Origin: Candidatus Hydrogenedentota bacterium
GTDB lineage: Bacteria; Hydrogenedentota; Hydrogenedentia; Hydrogenedentales; SLHB01
Reading direction: 5' to 3'
DNA: 15,447 nucleotides
Assembly (NCBI GenBank): GCA_045863335.1
Contig: BTVY01000081.1
Location: 1-15,447, forward strand
Part shown: positions 7,579-15,447 of the stretch, in pieces
How positions within the stretch are numbered: position 1 is the stretch's first letter
Layout of the letters: each line of letters starts with the position of its first letter
Program-made: the position numbers and the translations under genes
Notes under the pieces: generated by a model
Seen by the model: the letters and a program-made list of their open reading frames with translations, nothing else
Told to the model about the DNA's origin: nothing
Databases searched by the model: none

Positions 7579-7600
7579 ACGCTGGCCGTAATGATGTCAA
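7572..7600 (-). promoter_or_regulatory. Sigma-70-type promoter of the padR operon
   Basis: Minus strand: TTGACA (7600-7595), 17-nt spacer, TACGAT (7577-7572). Confidence 0.8.
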
Positions 7601-7845
7601 GAAATCAACGCGATTCGTCATCCACACGAATCGAACCGAGGCACTCCGGCTAGGGATTGGTTCTTACCTTCCAACTCGCGTGGTTCTTCGACCAAAGGCT
7701 GCATTCTAATACGTGCTCTTCGGAAGCAATGTGGAATTCGTGCGGGAGGGAGTCTGTGTGCTTTTGTCCCGGAGTCGGCCACATATCGCCCGCCGAAACG
7801 GGTAAGTGGTTCCGCTATCCGAAAATCATCAAGACGGCAAGGTAG

Positions 7846-8211
7846 CTAGATGGGTCGGCGGATACGGCGAGCGGCCAGAAAGGCCAGCCCGGTTCCAAGG
7901 AGGATCATTGTGCCGGGTTCGGGAACGATGGTAGGCGCGGCGACACTCGTCTCACCGAACGCCTCCAAGGGATAAGCATCCGGCATCGGAATGGCCGCCG
8001 CGTGAGTAGATTGGTCCTCCAAATCCCAGCGATATCGAACCTGAAGTTCCTGATCTTCGTTTTGAAACTGCGGATTGTCCAAGCGGAACACGCTGGAGTC
8101 TGCCGATTCGGAAGTGGTTACTTGTTGGGGATCATCTATTTTTTCGGCGGTACTCGCACTCGCGATACACGCGGACGCGAGCACTGCGCGAAGCAGTGTC
8201 TTGGTCAGCAC
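7846..8211 (-). CDS. Small PEP-CTERM sorting domain protein
   Basis: C-terminal VPEPGTMILLGTGLAFLAARRIRR (PEP motif, TM helix, basic tail) and signal peptide (..LLRAVLASACIASASTA). GTG start at 8211 has AGGAG 7 nt upstream. Confidence 0.9.
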   Translation of the reverse strand: MLTKTLLRAVLASACIASASTAEKIDDPQQVTTSESADSSVFRLDNPQFQNEDQELQVRYRWDLEDQSTHAAAIPMPDAYPLEAFGETSVAAPTIVPEPGTMILLGTGLAFLAARRIRRPI

Positions 8212-8312
8212 TGGACTTCTCCTAAGGAACAAGCGGTCATCGCTTTAAAGAAATAACCGGGCGACAGAAACATCGACCCAGGCAGGATTCAACCTTTACA
8301 CTAGACAGAGAA

Positions 8313-8329
8313 AGCAGATGGCGTGCCAA
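8313..8329 (-). promoter_or_regulatory. Sigma-54 (-24/-12) promoter for the PEP-CTERM gene
   Basis: Minus strand TTGGCACGCCATCTGCT: GG-N10-GC spacing, matching TGGCACG-N4-TTGCW with one mismatch. Confidence 0.8.
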
Positions 8330-8423
8330 TAGGAAAAGCGAATTCAACCCTCTCAAATCGGTTAAGTTACGCTGTTTCCGCCATTTGTGTAGGACTTGCC
8401 AAGGCATGCTCAGGTTTAACTGC

Positions 8424-8441
8424 GTTGTCATTTGTGACAAC
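8424..8441. promoter_or_regulatory. Putative upstream activator sequence for a sigma-54 enhancer-binding protein
   Basis: Palindrome GTTGTCA-TTTG-TGACAAC (core TGT-N8-ACA), about 95-110 bp upstream of the -24 element in an AT-rich intergenic region. Confidence 0.6.
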
Positions 8442-8491
8442 TTATTAATCATTCCCCCCTGCAAGGTATAAGGACTGATGAGAAATGTTGA

Positions 8492-9475
8492 TCAAGAGCT
8501 CCGCGCAATGCCGATACCCAACGAGTCGCGGATGACATAGATCGGACGGTGTTGAGTCTCCAGGTAGGTCCGGCCGAGGTACTCGCCAAGAATGCCGATG
8601 AAGACGCACTGCAGCCCGCCCAGGAACCATAACCCAGCCACGGCAAGTGGTAGCCAACCGTCGCCGTATCCCAGACCGAGCCGGATCAGGAGGTATATGG
8701 ACGCGGCGCCGGCGAAAAGCGATAGGAAGACCCCGAAGATGCCGGCAACTCGAAGCGGCATCATGCTAAAGCTGGTGATGCTGGTGATGGCCAAGCGCGT
8801 GCTGGCGCGCCATGAGTATTTCGTGGCGCCGGAGTGCCTACGCCCGTGCTCGTAGTCCACTGTTGTTTGGCGAAATCCCGCCCAGGAGGTCAACGTTCGC
8901 ACCAGCCGGTGCCGTTGCGGGCACCGCAGAAAGACATCTGCTACGGCGCGGTCGATGAGACGGAATTCGCCCGTATCAAAGGGGAAGTCCCAACCCACCA
9001 TCGCATTCATGACGCGATAGAAGCCGAATGCAGCAACACGCCTCCCAAGCGGATCGTCCGAACGCCGTATTCGGCGGCCTCCGACAATCTCGAAGCCTTC
9101 CCGCCATCTTGCCAGCATCTCGGGCAGCAACTCAGGCGGGTCCTGGCCGTCTGCGTCGAGGATGGCGACCACGTCGCCCCTGGCCGCCTCGATTCCGGCG
9201 GTCAAAGCAGGTCCCTGACCGAAATTTCGGGAAAGGAACAGGGCTTTCACGCGGTTATTTTGGGCGTGCAAATTCTGAAGCACCTCCCGCGTGTCGTCCG
9301 TGCTGCCGTCGTCGACGAAGACGATTTCCCAATCTAGGTCAATCCTGGCAAGCGCCTCTTCAGCGCGTTCGTATAGCGGACCGAGATTGGCCGCCTCGTT
9401 AAATGCCGGCACGACGATCGACAGGAGCTTTCGCCCTGTGCGGGATTGGGGATTCATCTCCATTTCCTGATCCAT
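8492..9475 (-). CDS. Glycosyltransferase family 2 (GtrB/ArnC-like polyisoprenyl-phosphate glycosyltransferase)
   Basis: LSIVVPAFNEA, FVDDGSTD, LSRNFGQ, DADGQDPPE, DTGEFRL, two C-terminal TM helices, GEYLGR..RPIY. Start is one of ATG 9475, 9463 or 9457. Confidence 0.93.
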   Translation of the reverse strand: MDQEMEMNPQSRTGRKLLSIVVPAFNEAANLGPLYERAEEALARIDLDWEIVFVDDGSTDDTREVLQNLHAQNNRVKALFLSRNFGQGPALTAGIEAARGDVVAILDADGQDPPELLPEMLARWREGFEIVGGRRIRRSDDPLGRRVAAFGFYRVMNAMVGWDFPFDTGEFRLIDRAVADVFLRCPQRHRLVRTLTSWAGFRQTTVDYEHGRRHSGATKYSWRASTRLAITSITSFSMMPLRVAGIFGVFLSLFAGAASIYLLIRLGLGYGDGWLPLAVAGLWFLGGLQCVFIGILGEYLGRTYLETQHRPIYVIRDSLGIGIARSS

Positions 9476-9479
9476 CGCT

Positions 9480-10103
9480 TCAGCCGGTTCCCGATCTTTT
9501 TCGCGCGGCGATGTGAAAGCTCCAGTAGTCGTCGCGTTCCGGGTTGTACTCCAGAATCTCCATGCCCGCCTCTTCGAGAAAGGGGACAACGCTCTCCCAC
9601 GTGGGACTCCATTTGTGCGCGCCGCCGACCCAGGGGCCGCCGGGCCGCCAGAGCGCCATGGACTCATGGGGCAGATAGAGGAAGAGCACGCCACCGGGTT
9701 TCAGCTTGCGGATCCACAGTCTCAACGCGTCCTGCCACCGGGCGAGATGTTCGAGGCAATGGGAACTGAATATGTAATCGAGGCTCACATCGTCGAACCG
9801 TTCCAGCCGGTAGGCGTTTTCGCCGAGGCGATCGTCCACCGGCGTCGCGCCGGGGAAAGGCCACGCGTTTGCGCCGACGTCGATGCCGGTTCCGGCGCAG
9901 AACTGCTTCGCGGTCTCCAGGACGTAAGAGGCCGCATTACCTTCGTGGAGGTATCCGGGATACCGGACGCCATTGTAAACGTAGTACGTTGCGCCGTCCT
10001 CGACGACTTCCTTCACCTGCCGTCGTGTCCACGCGCAAACCAGCGCGGGAACAATCTCGTCCGGATGCTTAACCGCCCGAGTCAGCATGGAAAAGAGACG
10101 CAA
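9480..10103 (-). CDS. SAM-dependent methyltransferase domain protein
   Basis: GIDVGA, SLDYIFSSHCLEH, KLKPGGVLFLYLP. Start is TTG 10103 or ATG 10088. Confidence 0.85.
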   Translation of the reverse strand: MRLFSMLTRAVKHPDEIVPALVCAWTRRQVKEVVEDGATYYVYNGVRYPGYLHEGNAASYVLETAKQFCAGTGIDVGANAWPFPGATPVDDRLGENAYRLERFDDVSLDYIFSSHCLEHLARWQDALRLWIRKLKPGGVLFLYLPHESMALWRPGGPWVGGAHKWSPTWESVVPFLEEAGMEILEYNPERDDYWSFHIAARKRSGTG

Positions 10104-10140
10104 CGTAAGTGCTCCCGATTATTCCTTGACGCGTCAGCTG

Positions 10141-11334
10141 TTATGCGTTTCGCCCGCGGTAGCGCAATCCGAGTACGGCGATATCATCGGTCTGGGGCAA
10201 GCCCGCGGAGAACGCGCGCACGTTGGCAAAGACTGCTTTGACCAGTTCGGGGATCGGCTTCGCCGCCTGTTTGCGCAAAACTTGTTCGAGCCGTGCTTCG
10301 GAGTACAGATTCTTGTCTCCGTCCATGGCCTCGCTAACGCCGTCGGTATAGAGGATAAGGCTGTCGCCCGGCACCAACTCGACCTCTCCGCCGTGGTACT
10401 CGCCTTCCGACGAAACGCCCAGGACCAGTCCCCCGGGATGTTCCAGTGCGCAGACTTCGCCGGTTTTTCGAATGAGGTACGGCGGCTGGTGGCCCGCAAC
10501 GCAGTAGTCGGTCTTGCCGGTCGCCGTGTCGATGATCCCGTAGAACAACGTCACGAAGAGGCCCGCGCTGTAATCCGCGCAAAGCAGGCGATTGACCTGG
10601 CGAAGGCAGTCCGCGGCGCGAAATCCTTGCAGGGCCGTGGCCTTCACCAGGGTCCGTGAGACCGCCATGATGATCGCCGCCGGGATACCCTTGCCCGCAA
10701 CGTCGCCGATCACGATGCCGAGCCGGTCGTCGTCGATCAGGAAAAAGTCATAGAAATCGCCGCCCACGTCGCGGGCGGGGATCATCTTGCCGAACAACTC
10801 GAAATCGTCGCGCTCAGGGAAAGCCGGAAACACGCTGGGCACGATGGATCGCTGGATGCGTGTCGCCACTTCCAGTTCCTGTTGCACCGTGCGGAGCCGG
10901 TCCTGCGCGGCGACCGCGTCCTTGATCATCTGGAGTTCGCGCGTGGTCTTCTCGATGGTGATCTCGAGGTCTTTGAAATCGATGGGCTTGGTCAGGAAAT
11001 CGAAAGCGCCGCGGTTCATGGCGGTGCGGATATTCTCCATGTCGCCGTACGCGGACACAATGATCGCCTTGCGCGGGGTGTCCAGTTCAGCAAGCTTGGA
11101 CAAGAGGGTCAATCCGTCCATCTCCGGCATGTTGATATCCGTGAGGACAATATCGATCTCCCCGTCGGAGTCGAGCTTTTCCAAGGCATCGACGCCGTTC
11201 CGGGCAAAGACAAATTCGAACTCCGCATCCCGGATCTTCTTCCGGAAGCGTTGTCGAATCAGGGTTTCCAGGTCGGGCTCATCGTCCACGACCAGCAACT
11301 TAATGGGCATGATACTCAGTATTTCCTCGCTCAT
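10141..11334 (-). CDS. Response regulator receiver + PP2C/SpoIIE (RsbU-like) phosphatase
   Basis: Receiver: LVVDDE, TDINMP, SAYGD, KP. Phosphatase: VGGDFYD, IGDVAGKG, AGHQPP, YTDGVSEA, DDIAVL. ATGA overlap with the upstream gene. Confidence 0.95.
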   Translation of the reverse strand: MSEEILSIMPIKLLVVDDEPDLETLIRQRFRKKIRDAEFEFVFARNGVDALEKLDSDGEIDIVLTDINMPEMDGLTLLSKLAELDTPRKAIIVSAYGDMENIRTAMNRGAFDFLTKPIDFKDLEITIEKTTRELQMIKDAVAAQDRLRTVQQELEVATRIQRSIVPSVFPAFPERDDFELFGKMIPARDVGGDFYDFFLIDDDRLGIVIGDVAGKGIPAAIIMAVSRTLVKATALQGFRAADCLRQVNRLLCADYSAGLFVTLFYGIIDTATGKTDYCVAGHQPPYLIRKTGEVCALEHPGGLVLGVSSEGEYHGGEVELVPGDSLILYTDGVSEAMDGDKNLYSEARLEQVLRKQAAKPIPELVKAVFANVRAFSAGLPQTDDIAVLGLRYRGRNA

Positions 11335-11702
11335 GGCAGGCGCAACACGTCCCGCCGGAGTTGGTCAAAATCAAGGGGTTTGGACAGGAATCCATCGACG
11401 CCAAGCCGTTCCGCAACAGCCCTGCGGCCGTCGCCGTCCGGCGGCGCAATCATATATACAGGTGCGATGACCTTCCGTTCCCGAATTGCCTTCAGGAGAT
11501 CCAATCCGCTCACGCCGGGCAGATTAATGTCCGAAAGGACGAGCACGAGATCGGGCAGCCCGTTCGCTTCCAGATTGTCCAAAGCGGATTCCGCCGATTC
11601 GGCGAACCGGAACGCGACTTTGCCGTCGCGCACTTCATGCCGGAATCGCTGGGTAAACAGCGACCGGGTGTCGGCCTCGTCGTCTACAACCAGTACGTTC
11701 AT
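11331..11702 (-). CDS. Single-domain response regulator (receiver)
   Basis: VLVVDDE, LSDINLPG, SKPLDF; ATGA overlaps at both ends. Confidence 0.92.
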   Translation of the reverse strand: MNVLVVDDEADTRSLFTQRFRHEVRDGKVAFRFAESAESALDNLEANGLPDLVLVLSDINLPGVSGLDLLKAIRERKVIAPVYMIAPPDGDGRRAVAERLGVDGFLSKPLDFDQLRRDVLRLP

Positions 11703-14341
11703 TTCCTCTTCCGGCTCTTTTGGGGCGGTTTCTTGGGCAAGGCGATGCTGAACTCGGTGTATTCACCGGGCTCCGTATCCACAATGAGTTCGCCCAAATG
11801 CTCCCGCACCACGATATCGTAGCAGATTGAGAGCCCCAAACCTGTCCCTTCGCCCGAAGGCTTCGTTGTGAAGAATGGATTGAAGATACTGTCCTTGATT
11901 TCTTCCGGGATTCCGGGGCCGTTGTCGCGCACGCGGATCTCCGCGTGAGACCCCGCGTCGCGCGTGCGGACGGTCAGTTGGGGCACGAAATCCCCGTTCA
12001 CGGCCAGTTTCTTCTGGTGGGCCGCGTAGCAGCCGTTGTTCACAATGTTGAGAACGACGCGGCTCAAGTCTTGCGGTACGACCGGGATAGCGCCCAAGCC
12101 CTCGTCGTATTGCAGGTCGAGGCGGATGTTGAAGGAGGCGTCCCGCGCGCGCAACCCGTGGTATGCCAGCTTCACGTACTCGTCGACCAGCGCGTTGATG
12201 TCCGTGGGCTGCCGCTGCGATTCCGAGCGCGAATGCTGGAGCATGCCCTTCACGATGCGGTCCGCCCGTTTGCCGTGATCCAGTATGCGGAGGGTGTTCT
12301 GCTCGATGTCCTGCAGGAGCGTCTCGATTCCCTGCGCGTTGGCGTCATCCAGGCGGTCCCGTTGCGCGTCCAGCAGGGTGCGCAACTCAAGGGTCAATTC
12401 CGCCGTCAACTCGGCGAAATTGTTCACAAAATTCAGAGGATTCTTGATCTCGTGGGCGATGCCGGCGGTCAACACGCCCAAGGAGGCCATGCGTTCCTGG
12501 GTGATCAGCTTGCGCTGGGTTTCGCGCAAGGTCTCCAGCGTGGTCTGCAACTCCGCGTTCTTCGATTCGAGTTCACTTGTTCGCTGTGCGACCTGTTCCT
12601 CCAAGGTGCGGCTGTAGTCCTGGTGGAGCTTTTGTGCCCAGCGCCGCTCGGAGATGTCCGTCACGCTGCCGCGCACCAACTTGCGCCCCGTCGCGGGCAG
12701 GCGCACCAGCCGGACTTCGCAGGGGAATTTGCGGCCCTGCTTGTCCTGGCACGTTATCTCGAATTTCATGGCGCCGCCGCGCAAGGCTTGCTCGAGCCTT
12801 TCTTCCACCAGTTGGGGGACGGTTCGCCCCACCAGGTCGTCCGGCGCGGTGACGTGTTCGGGCCCGACCTGGAGGATCTCCTCCGCATCGTACCCGAACA
12901 GCTTTTGCGCGTTGCGATTGGCGTCAATGAACAAGCGCGTCTCGGTGTCGATGACGACGATGGCTTCGGGTGCGTGTTCAACCAGCGTGCGAAACCGCTC
13001 TTCGCTCTCCTGCAACGCCCGGCTCGCCTCTTTGCGTTTGGTGATGTCGCGGGCGAAAGCGCTGAAGGTGTTGCTGTCGCCGATGCGCACGTGGGTCATG
13101 GAGACTTCCAGCGGAAAGGCATGGCCGTCGCGGTGGAGCGCGGTCATCTCGACCCGGCGGTTCATCATGTGGCTTTCGCCGGTCGCGAGATACCGCTGCA
13201 ACCCTGCGTCGTGAGCGTCGCGATATTCCGGCGGGATGATTACGGTCGATAAACGCTGGCCCAGCACCTTTTCGCGCCGCCACCCGAACATGGCCTCGGC
13301 CTGGGCGTTCCAGCCGATGATCTGGCCTGCCGTGTTCATGGCAATGTAGGCATCCATGGCGTTGTCGATAACGGCGCTGTTGCGGCGTTCGCTCTCCTGG
13401 ATGGCGCGTTCCCAACGTTTGCGCTCAGTCACGTCGCGGAAGCTGACCATGAACCCCGAGAGGCCGGTGTCGGGCGACAGACGATTGCCCGAGGCCTCGA
13501 AGTACCGCCAGGTGCCTTCGCGATGCCGGATGCGGCAGGTAATCACCGGCGCCCCTTCGTCTCCACGGGTCTGCCGCCGAAAGGCCCGGGCCAATTCGCG
13601 CTGGTCGTCCGGATGGATGAACTCCGCGCTGGGCTGGCCGGTAAGCTCTTCGGCGCGATGCCCGAGCACCTGCGAAACCGAAGGCGTCACGTAGGTGATC
13701 AGGCCCGCCTCATCGACGAGAGCGATAAGATCCTGGGCGGTTTCGACCATGGACTGGAAGGCGTCCCGCATGCGGAGCGGTTCGCCGGCGGTCTTCGATC
13801 GCCGCTTCGCCGCAAGGGCAATCGTCGCGAGATTCGCGATGGACGAGGCAAAGTTCTCCTCGTCCGAGTACCATTCGCGCTTCGGCCCTACGTGCTCGTT
13901 GCACAGGACACCAATGACGTTTCGGCCATGGACGATGGGTACGTCGAGCATGGACGTGATCCCGTGGGCGCTCAGGTAGTCGGGATGGAATTCCCGCGTG
14001 CGCGGATCCGACGCGGCGTCGTGCGCAACGATGCGGTGCTCAGTGCGCAACGCCTCAAAATAGCGCGGGTACTGCGGTTGCTCCAATACCATGCCCGACG
14101 AAAACCGGTCCTTGCTCAGCTCATAAAGCGCGGAGCACTTTAGAGAACGCTCGTCCCGGGAGAACCGCCACACGCTGACGCGGTCGCATTCAAGCGTGCG
14201 CGAGGCCACCTCCACGATGGCGCGCAACGCATCGTCCGCGTCTGACACCTCGGCGATGGTGATCTTCGATAACTGGACCAGCGCGTTATTCTGCGTCCGT
14301 TGCCGGCGCTCGACCGCCAAGGAGTCCTGTGTCGCGGCCAT
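11699..14341 (-). CDS. Cytoplasmic sensor histidine kinase (GAF + 3 PAS + HisKA + HATPase_c)
   Basis: GAF ([21 protein letters not shown]); three PAS/PAC units ending DVTERK, DITKRK and DISERR; H-box [12 protein letters not shown]-box NIVNNG, G1 DNGPGIP, F/G2 [15 protein letters not shown]. No TM helix seen. Start is ATG 14341 or 14437. Confidence 0.95.
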   Translation of the reverse strand: MAATQDSLAVERRQRTQNNALVQLSKITIAEVSDADDALRAIVEVASRTLECDRVSVWRFSRDERSLKCSALYELSKDRFSSGMVLEQPQYPRYFEALRTEHRIVAHDAASDPRTREFHPDYLSAHGITSMLDVPIVHGRNVIGVLCNEHVGPKREWYSDEENFASSIANLATIALAAKRRSKTAGEPLRMRDAFQSMVETAQDLIALVDEAGLITYVTPSVSQVLGHRAEELTGQPSAEFIHPDDQRELARAFRRQTRGDEGAPVITCRIRHREGTWRYFEASGNRLSPDTGLSGFMVSFRDVTERKRWERAIQESERRNSAVIDNAMDAYIAMNTAGQIIGWNAQAEAMFGWRREKVLGQRLSTVIIPPEYRDAHDAGLQRYLATGESHMMNRRVEMTALHRDGHAFPLEVSMTHVRIGDSNTFSAFARDITKRKEASRALQESEERFRTLVEHAPEAIVVIDTETRLFIDANRNAQKLFGYDAEEILQVGPEHVTAPDDLVGRTVPQLVEERLEQALRGGAMKFEITCQDKQGRKFPCEVRLVRLPATGRKLVRGSVTDISERRWAQKLHQDYSRTLEEQVAQRTSELESKNAELQTTLETLRETQRKLITQERMASLGVLTAGIAHEIKNPLNFVNNFAELTAELTLELRTLLDAQRDRLDDANAQGIETLLQDIEQNTLRILDHGKRADRIVKGMLQHSRSESQRQPTDINALVDEYVKLAYHGLRARDASFNIRLDLQYDEGLGAIPVVPQDLSRVVLNIVNNGCYAAHQKKLAVNGDFVPQLTVRTRDAGSHAEIRVRDNGPGIPEEIKDSIFNPFFTTKPSGEGTGLGLSICYDIVVREHLGELIVDTEPGEYTEFSIALPKKPPQKSRKRK

Positions 14342-14475
14342 ATCGGTCTCGGGAGTACTCAAGAGCGTCGTTGCCTCGCGTTCGTGGAAATGGAACAAAG
14401 AACCGGCCGCGCCCCGCACGGCGCGGACTTCCGGCATTTTACCTCAAGGGAAGCACCTTTGCCGAACCGGTGAAT

Positions 14476-14504
14476 TTGAAAAGGAACAAGCCTACTGCTA
14501 GCCT
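14476..14504 (+). promoter_or_regulatory. Sigma-70-type promoter with extended -10 for the 66-aa gene
   Basis: TTGAAA (14476-14481), 17-nt spacer, TG-C-TAGCCT (TAGCCT at 14499-14504). ATG follows 6 nt later with no SD. Confidence 0.55.
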
Positions 14505-14510
14505 TGTATC

Positions 14511-14711
14511 ATGGACGGACGAGTTACGCACGACCGGGAAGCGGAATCGATGGAAGCCAAGGCGCGTTGGTTCCAGTCTCTCACCATGGAAGAACGCATG
14601 GACCTCCTTTGCGAATTCACCGACCTGGTGCTCGCCGTCAACCCATCCCTCCAGGAGCAAAAGCGTGCTCAACCGGTTCCAGGACGTATTCAGGTCATTT
14701 CAGCGCCGTGA
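14511..14711 (+). CDS. Small conserved-looking hypothetical protein, partner of a downstream nucleotidyltransferase (TA-like pair)
   Basis: 66 aa, THDREAESMEAKARWFQSLTMEERMDLLCEFTDL. From recall, this resembles small proteins encoded just before DUF6036-type nucleotidyltransferases; it overlaps such a gene start here. Confidence 0.7.
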   Translation: MDGRVTHDREAESMEAKARWFQSLTMEERMDLLCEFTDLVLAVNPSLQEQKRAQPVPGRIQVISAP

Positions 14712-14730
14712 CGTGAAATAAGTTGTGATT
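14665..14730 (+). pseudogene. 5' stub of a nucleotidyltransferase gene (nonsense codon, then truncated)
   Basis: GTG start gives MLNRFQDVFRSFQRRDVK*VVI. This matches the usual ..F..(H)DVKYVVIGG N-terminus with the Tyr codon replaced by TAA (14719-14721); similarity is lost after VVI. Confidence 0.6.
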
Positions 14731-14801
14731 TTCTTACAGTATCACCTCGCGCTTTTGCTATGGCTACTTGTTCGCGTCGATTCGTGATCATAGAACGGAA
14801 A

Positions 14802-15098
14802 TCACACTCTGTAACGCCAACTGCGCTGGCAATTGTCGCAGTTATAAAGCCATATGCGTGAGCTGATGTAGGACGGCTCCACTAAATTGCCACAGTTGTT
14901 ACATCTCGCTCGTCGGCATTCAAATTCGCTCATGATTTCACGAATCTCTTGTGTTTCAATAGACCACTTCCTCCACCAGCTCCCAATAATTATCACTGCA
15001 GGAGTTAATAGAAAGCCAAAACAGCCGAAAAATAGGCTAGCAATGGTCCCAACAATTACCCCGATTACAGTCAGCTTTCCGGTAGTTAGAGTTTGCAT
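14802..15098 (-). CDS. Hypothetical membrane protein with C-terminal zinc ribbon
   Basis: 98 aa from ATG 15098 with strong RBS GAGGAGG; hydrophobic N-terminal hairpin; CNNC-x17-CDNC. Confidence 0.7.
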   Translation of the reverse strand: MQTLTTGKLTVIGVIVGTIASLFFGCFGFLLTPAVIIIGSWWRKWSIETQEIREIMSEFECRRARCNNCGNLVEPSYISSRIWLYNCDNCQRSWRYRV

Positions 15099-15129
15099 GG
15101 CCCCCTCCTCCTCGCAATTGCGACGACGG

Positions 15130-15354
15130 TCATTTCGCACAAAACCGCCGTTGGAATATCTCAAAGTCACTGATGCTTGTGAATTCCTCTACGACGTCCT
15201 CGTTATCATCGCCTCCGCGAGAGATTATCACGACACCACCGTTCTCAAGGACTTTGCGAGAGATGGTAATCACATCATCAAGATACTCAGATTGATTCAA
15301 CATCTTCGGATCCAGTAAGTCCTTGTAAAGCTTAAGAACCAGCGCCACTTCCAT
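15130..15354 (-). CDS. Hypothetical acidic protein
   Basis: 74 aa with RBS AAAGGAG 8 nt before the ATG. The frame stays open to the window edge (15447), so it could be the end of a longer gene. Confidence 0.6.
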   Translation of the reverse strand: MEVALVLKLYKDLLDPKMLNQSEYLDDVITISRKVLENGGVVIISRGGDDNEDVVEEFTSISDFEIFQRRFCAK

Positions 15355-15447
15355 CTGTTCAACTCCTTTCCAACTTGTAACATCGAAGAAAACTGGCTCC
15401 TCACAAGAATCTGTGCACCAATTCGGGCTCGGGTAGCTTTCCCAAGC

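Noticed and set aside
7657-7845. 62-aa plus-strand ORF in the intergenic region
   Set aside because: TTG start, no recognisable motif, opposite to all neighbours.
8362-8377. Possible IHF site between the enhancer and the sigma-54 promoter
   Set aside because: TAAGTTACGCTGTTT does not fit the WATCAA-N4-TTR spacing; position is suggestive but the match is poor.
8237-8464. 75-aa minus-strand ORF between GT2 and the PEP-CTERM gene
   Set aside because: Spans the sigma-54 promoter and enhancer palindrome, with no protein-like features; better explained as regulatory DNA.
11945-13252. 435-aa plus-strand ORF, and similar long ORFs at 10882-11751, 9513-10241, 4022-4666 and 1199-1984
   Set aside because: Antisense to well-supported genes in GC-rich DNA, with no recognisable motifs.
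14724-14806. 8-bp inverted repeat TGTGATTT...AAATCACA, considered as an integron attC or MITE end
   Set aside because: Too short, no RYYYAAC/GTTRRRY core sites or internal pairing, and one arm lies in a gene's stop region; compatible with chance.

Overview
GC-rich bacterial window in which almost every gene is on the minus strand. Left edge (1-53): the terminal end of an IS element (ISNCY/IS1202- or IS481-like). 152-1863: a TerC-family membrane protein, a stand-alone ABC/AAA ATPase with degenerate catalytic motifs, and a methyltransferase remnant. 1999-7600: an apparent PadR-controlled operon. In transcription order it encodes PadR, a secreted monoheme c-type cytochrome (CYACH), DoxX, a secreted cupredoxin-like protein, an APC permease, a SAM methyltransferase and an atypical cytochrome P450. 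It has a TTGACA-17-TACGAT promoter, an overlapping perfect palindrome and an apparently leaderless start. 7846-8441: a small PEP-CTERM protein with a sigma-54 promoter and a palindromic enhancer-like site. 8492-14341: a GAF/3xPAS histidine kinase, a receiver protein, a receiver-PP2C phosphatase, a methyltransferase and a GT2 glycosyltransferase. 14511-end: a small gene followed by a dead nucleotidyltransferase stub, then AT-richer hypothetical genes. The best candidate for an undescribed system is the PadR redox/uptake/modification operon. All family calls come from motif recognition by eye, not database searches.
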